From NCBI GenBank assembly GCA_965223705.1, contig OZ245015.1, forward strand, positions 3,968,001 through 4,032,000: a stretch of DNA of 64,000 nt, in the 5' to 3' direction. This DNA comes from Myxococcota bacterium (GTDB lineage Bacteria > Myxococcota_A > UBA9160 > UBA6930). Shown here one piece after another: positions 57,639 through 64,000 of the stretch. The first letter of the stretch is position 1. Every line of letters starts with the position of its first letter. The notes under the pieces are model-generated. The model was not told the origin of the DNA and searched no databases. It worked only from the letters and a program-made list of their open reading frames with translations. The position numbers were made by a program, and so were the translations under genes.

Positions 57639-59426
57639 CTACGAGAGCTCGTCGGCGGTGGTGAAGGTGAACCGTTCCGACATCGCTTCGCGAGCGCGGG
57701 CCATGTGGGTGTAGTACTGCTTGAACGAGCCGTTGTAGTTGCCGTCCTGGCGTCGCGTCTCGGCTCCCTCGAAGTTGTAGTAGCCGGGTGTGCATTCCTT
57801 GTTGCGGTTGGTCTTGCCGCGGTTGGCGATGACCTGCTGGACCCAGAATTCTTCGGCCTCGGGCTTGACGTCGAGACTTCGCAACCCGTTGTCACGCGCG
57901 AACGCGATGCATTCGGCGATGTGCTCCCCCTGGCTGTCGAGGATGTGCGTCAGGTTGAAGGCGAACGACGCCTGGTAGCCGCCCATGATGAAGAGATTCG
58001 GGAAGCCGTGGGTGTGGATTCCAAATAGCGTCCGGATACCCGTTGAATACTTTTCCTGAAGGTCGAGGCCGCGTTCTCCGACGATGTGGTTGTAGATTCC
58101 GGTTTTTTGAACCTCGAAACCGGTGGCGAAGATCAGCAGGTCGAGCTCGTAAGTCTTGTCTTCGAACACCACGCCGCTCTCGTTGATCTCGGTGATCCCC
58201 TTCCCCTGTGTATCGACGAGGTGCACGTTCGGGCGGTTGAAGCTCGGCAGGTACTCGTTGTGGAAACAGGGGCGCTTGCACATCAGCATGTACCACGGCT
58301 TGAGCGCCTCGGCAGTCGCTTCATCTTCGACGACCTCGTCGATGCGGCGGTGGATGCGCATCATGGCATCGATGTTGGCGTTCTCCTGCCGGCGGATCTT
58401 TTCCTCTCGGCTGATCGCCTTCCGCTTCGCCCTCTCGGCTTCCGTGAGTTGCGGCCCTTCCATGGCCCTGCGCCGGCGCTCGGCCTGCCAGCCTGGCTTG
58501 AGAGAAGCCGCCCACTTCGGGTCGGTCTCCCAATCGTCCTTGATGTCGATCGAAGAAGGCGTTCGCTGGAAGACGTAGAGCTCCTTGGCCTTCTTCGCGA
58601 GGTTGGGGACAGCCTGCACCGCGCTTGCCCCGGTCCCGATGATCCCGACCCGGTGGTCCGTGAGTTTTTCGAGTTCCGCACCGGTGAATTCATAGTCCCA
58701 ACGCGACGTGTGGAACGAGTGGCCCCGGAACGTTTCGATGCCTTCGATCTTCGCCAGCCTGGGTTTGGAGAGCGTGCCGTTGGCGCAGACGACGAATCGG
58801 GAGCGCATCCGGTCGCCGCGATCGGTTTCGATCTCCCAGACCTGCTCTCGCTCGTTCCAGATCGTTCGGGTGACGGTCGTCTGGAACAGAGCGAGATCGT
58901 ACAAGTCGTAACGCTTGGCGATCATCCGGCAGTACTCGAAGATCTCGTGGCCCTCGGCGTAGTGCCGGGAGGGCACGTACCCCGTCTCGTCGAGGAGGGG
59001 CAAGTAGTCGTAGGCCACCACGTCGCAGGCGACGCCCGGGTAGCGGTTCCAGTACCAGGTGCCGCCGACGTCGGCACCGCGCTCGACGATGCGAATGCTC
59101 TCGACTCCCTTGGCTCGCAGCCGGGCCGCGGTCAGCAGGGCCGAGAACCCGCCCCCGATGAAGAGCACTTCGACGGTGTCCGACAACGGGTTTCGCGGGG
59201 CGGTCTCGCCGGAGTAAGGGTCGATCTCGTAGCTCGCCAGGTCTCCCTCGAGCTCGGTGGTGTAGATCTCGGTGCCGGGCGGGCGGTACGCGAGACGGAG
59301 GTCTCTCTGCTCCGCGTATCTCGCCTTGATGCGCTCGTAGTACTCCTGCGGAGGCCGATCGGAGCCCCCGTCGATGTCGAAATGGAAGGGGTTCTGGGCC
59401 TTCCGATCGTCACGCGGCGCTGTCAA
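57639..59426 (-). CDS. Baeyer-Villiger monooxygenase
   Basis: Own GGGAGGG Shine-Dalgarno and TTG 59426; GGGFSA, GGTWYWNRYPGVACD, FRGHSFHTSRW, ATGF. Confidence 0.85.
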   Translation of the reverse strand: MTAPRDDRKAQNPFHFDIDGGSDRPPQEYYERIKARYAEQRDLRLAYRPPGTEIYTTELEGDLASYEIDPYSGETAPRNPLSDTVEVLFIGGGFSALLTAARLRAKGVESIRIVERGADVGGTWYWNRYPGVACDVVAYDYLPLLDETGYVPSRHYAEGHEIFEYCRMIAKRYDLYDLALFQTTVTRTIWNEREQVWEIETDRGDRMRSRFVVCANGTLSKPRLAKIEGIETFRGHSFHTSRWDYEFTGAELEKLTDHRVGIIGTGASAVQAVPNLAKKAKELYVFQRTPSSIDIKDDWETDPKWAASLKPGWQAERRRRAMEGPQLTEAERAKRKAISREEKIRRQENANIDAMMRIHRRIDEVVEDEATAEALKPWYMLMCKRPCFHNEYLPSFNRPNVHLVDTQGKGITEINESGVVFEDKTYELDLLIFATGFEVQKTGIYNHIVGERGLDLQEKYSTGIRTLFGIHTHGFPNLFIMGGYQASFAFNLTHILDSQGEHIAECIAFARDNGLRSLDVKPEAEEFWVQQVIANRGKTNRNKECTPGYYNFEGAETRRQDGNYNGSFKQYYTHMARAREAMSERFTFTTADELS

Positions 59427-59457
59427 TTCCGTCCCTCCCAGCTGGATTCGTGGTCCG

Positions 59458-60626
59458 CTAGACTCGAGAGCCCGGTCGACGTCTGCGACCAGGTCGGCCG
59501 CGTCCTCGATGCCGCAAGCCAGTCGGCAGAGCGAATCCGTAATGCCCCACTCGAGGCGCTTCTCCGGCGGCATTTCCCAGAACGACATCGTCACCGGCAA
59601 TTCGATGAGGCTTTCCACGCCGCCCAAGCTCGGCGCCTGGTACGGCACGCGGGTCGCGTCGACAAAGCGCAGTGCACCGTCGAGATCGGTATCGATCTCG
59701 AACGTCACGACTCCGCCGCCGCCGCATTTGCTCCTTTGATCCGGATGGCTGGCGAGACCCGGATACCAAACGCGCCTCACCTTGTCGTGCGACTCAAGAT
59801 GGCGCGCCACCGCGAGACCGTTGTTGTTGTGCCGCTCCATCCGAAGCGAGAGCGTCTTTAAGCCGCGCAACAGCAACCACGCGGCGTGACTGTCGATGAC
59901 CCCGCCGAGGATTCCGAGTGCCTGCCGAATCTTCGACACGAGGGCCGCGCTTCCTGTCACGGTGCCCGCCAACAAGTCGTTATGGCCGCCTAGATATTTC
60001 GTCGCACTGTGGAGCACCAGATCGGCGCCGAGATCGAGCGCGCGCTGATTGATCGGCGTCGAGAACGTCGAGTCGACGATCACGATGACGCCCCGTTCGC
60101 GCGCAATCGCGCTCACCGAGGGAATATCGGTAACCCGCAAGAACGGATTCGTGGGAGATTCGGTAAAGAACACGGCGGTCTCGGGACGGATGGCCTTCCG
60201 GAACGCCTCGGTGTCGCCGGGTTCGATCACCGTCGTCTCGACGCCGAACCGCACGAGGAAACCATCGATGAATTGTCGCGTCCGACGGTAGCAATCGCTG
60301 GTGACGACAAGATGCGCTCCCGGGGACAGGAGCGCAAAGAAGGTCGTGGTCGCGGCGCACATCCCCGAAGCGAAGAGCACACTCTCCTCTCCGCCTTCGA
60401 GCTCTGAAAGTTTTCGCTCGACGGCCCGCCACGTCGGATTGCCGTAGCGACCGTATTCTTCTCGGTCGCGCTCGCCCTCGTTGTACGCGATGACCTCCGC
60501 CGAATCTTTGAACCAGAACGTCGACGTGAGATAGATCGGGGTCGTTATCGAGTGGGCTTCTTGCTGACGGAGCTCGCCGGCGTGGACGGCGTCGGTGCTT
60601 TCTCCGCGACTTCTCGGTTTCGTCAT
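59458..60626 (-). CDS. metB: Cystathionine gamma-synthase / Cys-Met PLP enzyme; 3' end apparently damaged by indels
   Basis: YGRYGNPT, FASGM, ESPTNP, HSATKYLGGHND (PLP Lys), SLGGVESL. The likely natural TAG (59458-59460) is out of frame, so the ORF reads into the BVMO. Confidence 0.8.
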
Positions 60627-61069
60627 TTCAAGTGCTCCCGCAGCTTTCGGTTCTCCGCGTCGAGAATCCGCGGGACGATAAAGCGATAGATCGCCGTCCA
60701 GAGCCGCGCGCCGCGGAACAAGAACCGTCCGCGCAACTCGTTGCGCACGACAGAAGAGGTGTCCGAGAGCGGCTGGATCGTGAACGACTGGCTGTGGGGG
60801 AACCAGTCGCGCCCCTGGTCTGCCAACTCGCTCCACGCGATGCGAAGGTCGCCGCAACGGTGAACGCGCGCGACGCGACGCTCCCGATACAAGCCGAAGA
60901 AACGATGATCGATGCGCGAGCGGCTCCCGCGGCGAAGAAATGGGGTCTCACACTCGACGGCTTTGTGGAAGACATTGAGCGAGAACAGAAACGCCGACTC
61001 AGACAAAGACTCGAACACCGTCTCGGCCGGCGCTTCGACATGAACTTTCCGCACGCAAGAGATCCGCAT
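60623..61069 (-). CDS. SRPBCC/START-like protein
   Basis: VHVEAPAETVF, HSQSFTIQP, ILDAENRKL; ATGA overlap with metB. Confidence 0.65.
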   Translation of the reverse strand: MRISCVRKVHVEAPAETVFESLSESAFLFSLNVFHKAVECETPFLRRGSRSRIDHRFFGLYRERRVARVHRCGDLRIAWSELADQGRDWFPHSQSFTIQPLSDTSSVVRNELRGRFLFRGARLWTAIYRFIVPRILDAENRKLREHLK

Positions 61070-61152
61070 CTCGCCGGATCCTACCTCCTGGGTCGTCGGA
61101 TGTCTGGCGCTGGAGTAGTTTCTGCGTGGGGCGAACACGTCGGGAGAATCGG

Positions 61153-61599
61153 ATGAGCGAAGCGCGCGTCAGCGGAAGCTGCTTCTGCGGTGAAGTCAAC
61201 TTCGAGATCGCACTTCCGACGTTGTTCTGTGTCCATTGCCACTGCTCGATGTGCCGACGGCCACACGGCGCGAGCTTCGTCACCTGGACCGGCGTTCCCC
61301 CTGAGCGTTTCCAAATCACGAAAGGCGAGGAACGCCTGCGCACCTACGAGAGTTCCACCGACGGTCGCCGCCAGTTCTGTGGCACCTGCGGGTCCCAGTT
61401 GTTCTGCTGGCATGTCCGCTCGGATGATCGACCGCCGGAGGTCATCGACATCGCCTTGGCTGCGCTGCAGGGTCCCATCGATCGCGATCCGGAACTCCAT
61501 GTCTACTACGATTCGCGGGCGTCCTGGACCGTGGTCCACGACCATATCCCCAAGCGCGGGGGCGAGACCGGTATACAGCCGTTGGATCCACCGGCATAG
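61153..61599 (+). CDS. GFA / CENP-V family protein
   Basis: GSCFCG, HCHCSMCRR, RQFCGTCGS. Confidence 0.92.
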   Translation: MSEARVSGSCFCGEVNFEIALPTLFCVHCHCSMCRRPHGASFVTWTGVPPERFQITKGEERLRTYESSTDGRRQFCGTCGSQLFCWHVRSDDRPPEVIDIALAALQGPIDRDPELHVYYDSRASWTVVHDHIPKRGGETGIQPLDPPA

Positions 61600-61640
61600 A
61601 ACATCCGAGCGCGGCTTGGACGACGACCGGGAGGCAGAGC

Positions 61641-62123
61641 ATGGCTCGAAAGATCGTTGATGATGCGATCCACGATCTCGATCGCGGTGACCTTCCGGCC
61701 TGGATCACCGAGCACCTCTCCGCTTACCGCGCCAGTGGGGGACGCGAGGGCCACCACTGGGATGCGACTGCCGTTGGCGGCAGCTCCGACGTCCCGTGCT
61801 TGCTGCTCACCGTGCGCGGCCGACGCTCTGGGAACACCTACACGCATCCCCTGGTTTACGCCCAAGACGGCGAGCGCTTCGTCGTCGTCGGCTCCAAAGG
61901 CGGAGCCGACACGAATCCGCAGTGGGTACACAACTTGCTCGCCGAGCCCTCCGTCGAGGTTCAGGTCGGTGCCGACACCTTCGCGGGCCGCGCGACGCGG
62001 GCTGAGGGGCGCGAACGCGAACGCCTGTGGCCCATCGTGACTGCCGTGTTTCCGCCCTACGACGACTATCAGGCCCGTACCCGTCGCGAAATCCCGTTGT
62101 TCGTCATCGAACGCACCGATTAG
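61641..62123 (+). CDS. Deazaflavin (F420H2)-dependent nitroreductase / Ddn family
   Basis: LLLTVRGRRSG, GSKGGADTNPQWVHNL, YDDYQARTRREIP. Confidence 0.9.
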   Translation: MARKIVDDAIHDLDRGDLPAWITEHLSAYRASGGREGHHWDATAVGGSSDVPCLLLTVRGRRSGNTYTHPLVYAQDGERFVVVGSKGGADTNPQWVHNLLAEPSVEVQVGADTFAGRATRAEGRERERLWPIVTAVFPPYDDYQARTRREIPLFVIERTD

Positions 62124-62155
62124 CGGCGGATCGCGTCCGAGCGAGCGAGGAGATC

Positions 62156-62497
62156 ATGGTCAAACTCACTATCTGTGCGCGCCGGCGCGACGACCTCACA
62201 CACGAACAGTTCGATACCTATTGGCGCGACCAGCACGGTCCGTTGATCCGCGCGACGACCGAGTTCTCGCGGCATGTCCGCAGTTACGTGCAGTGCCACG
62301 GGGTCGACAGTGCCGGTGCATTCGGCGCCGAAAGCGACTGGGACGGCATCGCAGAGCTCTGGTTCGACGACGTGGAAGCGATGCAACGCGCTTTCGCCGA
62401 GCCGCGCTACCTCGAGGTGATTCGGCCCGACGAGCTGAAGTTCGTCGATCTCGAAGCTTGCGTGTCTTATCTATCCGAGGAACTGAAGGTCATCTGA
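62156..62497 (+). CDS. EthD domain protein
   Basis: RRRDDLTHEQFDTYWRDQHGPL, WDGIAELWFDD, IRPDELKFVD. Confidence 0.9.
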   Translation: MVKLTICARRRDDLTHEQFDTYWRDQHGPLIRATTEFSRHVRSYVQCHGVDSAGAFGAESDWDGIAELWFDDVEAMQRAFAEPRYLEVIRPDELKFVDLEACVSYLSEELKVI

Positions 62498-62718
62498 TCG
62501 CGGTCTATGTGGCGTGGGGGACTGGGCCGCGAGGGCCGCAACGCCGACGCCCGTGAGGCTTAGGCGGGTGCCACCGAACCGATGAGCGCGGTAACGCACG
62601 CGAGTGTATCTGCGGTCGACGAATTTCCGCGTCGTTTGATCGCTGTGCGTCCGATTTTGGTACGCTCGGGCGAGGCGGCCGGTCGCCGCCGTCCTGCTTA
62701 ATTTGACATGGAGCAATC

Positions 62719-64000
62719 ATGTACGACTTGGTGATCCGAGACGGAACGGTGATCGATGGTTCAGGGATGCCGCGCTTCCAGGGTGACATCGGGATCGTGC
62801 ACGGGCGGATCGCGACGATCGGGAGGATTCGCGCCGCGGCGAGGCAAGTGATCGACGCCGAGGGACACGTCGTCGCACCGGGGTTCATCGACGGGCACAC
62901 CCACATGGATGCCCAAGTTTCGTGGGACCCCCTCGGCACTTGCTCGTGTTGGCACGGAGTCACAAGTGTGGTGATGGGCAACTGCGGTTTTACCTTGGCT
63001 CCATGCAAGCCGAACGAGAAGCACCTCGTCATGGCGAATCTCGAGCGTGCCGAGGATATCTCGCCCGAGGCCATGAACGCGGGGATCGATTGGACCTGGG
63101 AAACCTTCCCGGAGTACCTCGACACGCTCGACAACCTTCCGAAGGGCATCAACTACGGCGGCTACGTGGGCCATTCGGCGCTGCGAACGTACGCGATGGG
63201 GGAGCGCTCGTTTACCGATGAAGCTACCGAAGACGACCTGGCGATCATGCGGCGTGAACTGCGCGATGGACTTCGCGCGGGAGCGCTCGGCTTCACGACC
63301 TCTCGGACGCGGAACCACCAGACGCCCGACGGGCGCCCGGTATCGAGCCGTGTCGCGTCCTGGGACGAAGTGCGAAATCTGGTGGGCGTCATGGGGGACG
63401 CCGGCGCGGGGATCTTCGAGATTGCCGGGGAGGATACGGGTCTCGACCCTGAGCGAATTCAGGACTACCTCGACCGTTTGAGTGCGCTCGCTGTCGATAC
63501 GGGTGTCCCGGTGACGTGGGGCATGTTCAGCACGCGCAAGGCTCCCGACTACTGGCGCCCTTACATGGAACTTCTCGATGAGACTGCGGCGCGTGGCGGG
63601 CGGATGTTTGCGCAGGTTCACAGCCGTTCACTCAATGTGCTGCTCTCCTTTGAGACGAGAATGCCCTTCGACAAATACCCCGTCTGGAGGGAGGTGCGCG
63701 CACGATCTCTGGGCGAGCAGCAAGCCGCCCTCCGGGATCCGGAGCTGCGAAAGAAGCTGGTGGAGGCCGCAAGAACAACGCACGGGGCGCGGGCGGTTGG
63801 AGCCGAAGCGCGGCGCCCCGACTATGACTGGACGTTTGTGCTCGAGAAGATCGAGGGGCCACACCGCTCTCTCAACGACATCGCTCGCGAGCGTGGGGTT
63901 GACCCCGTCGAAGCCATGATCGATCTGGCGCTGGAGAAAAACTTGAAACAGTTCTTCCTCCAGCCCCTGGCCAACGAAGACCAGAACCACGTACTCGAGA
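62719..64000 (+). CDS. N-acyl-D-amino-acid deacylase family amidohydrolase, 3' end truncated by the window edge
   Basis: Not in the ORF track. Manual translation: MYDLVIRDGTVIDGSG..VAPGFIDGHTHMDAQ..HGVTSVVMGNCGFTLAP. Confidence 0.9.
   Translation, partial: MYDLVIRDGTVIDGSGMPRFQGDIGIVHGRIATIGRIRAAARQVIDAEGHVVAPGFIDGHTHMDAQVSWDPLGTCSCWHGVTSVVMGNCGFTLAPCKPNEKHLVMANLERAEDISPEAMNAGIDWTWETFPEYLDTLDNLPKGINYGGYVGHSALRTYAMGERSFTDEATEDDLAIMRRELRDGLRAGALGFTTSRTRNHQTPDGRPVSSRVASWDEVRNLVGVMGDAGAGIFEIAGEDTGLDPERIQDYLDRLSALAVDTGVPVTWGMFSTRKAPDYWRPYMELLDETAARGGRMFAQVHSRSLNVLLSFETRMPFDKYPVWREVRARSLGEQQAALRDPELRKKLVEAARTTHGARAVGAEARRPDYDWTFVLEKIEGPHRSLNDIARERGVDPVEAMIDLALEKNLKQFFLQPLANEDQNHVLE

Noticed and set aside
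57639..60857. Genuine 1072-aa MetB-BVMO fusion protein
   Set aside because: An internal Shine-Dalgarno and start, an out-of-frame natural stop and nearby indel scars point to two genes. The first 77 codons also overlap the SRPBCC gene.

Overview
High-GC bacterial chromosomal window of about 70 tightly packed CDSs. Gene content (DUF1329, DUF4388/TPR signalling protein, spirochaete/planctomycete/deltaproteobacterial-type EF-G, PEP-CTERM) suggests a Myxococcota/deltaproteobacterial-like organism; this is inference only. I saw no rRNA, tRNA, CRISPR array, integrase or transposase. Main contents: an ABC exporter and heme A synthase, SDRs, a TVP38 / MerA-like flavoprotein / ArsC group, a form II coxSLM-like molybdoenzyme, a run of menG, a RecA-fold ATPase, fusA, a formyltransferase-like gene and infA, an oxyR/dps pair, two PQQ dehydrogenases, two Baeyer-Villiger monooxygenases, a Rieske oxygenase pair, and many LLM/F420-type oxidoreductases. 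Best leads: (1) a small SEC-C zinc-finger gene (21458-21706, minus) that reads as a complete 81-aa protein only through three successive +1 shifts at UUU_C, AAA_A and UUU_C; (2) a Cys-rich dockerin protein coupled to a cohesin-PEP-CTERM anchor (42150-44044), a possible minimal non-cellulosomal surface display system; (3) a UxxC thioredoxin-fold selenolipoprotein with a SECIS-like hairpin that the ORF track splits in two; (4) a stand-alone ALDH1L1-like formyl-THF domain coupled to infA, next to a structured 36-bp repeat upstream of fusA; (5) several pseudo-enzymes. All family calls come from motif recognition by eye; no searches were run.
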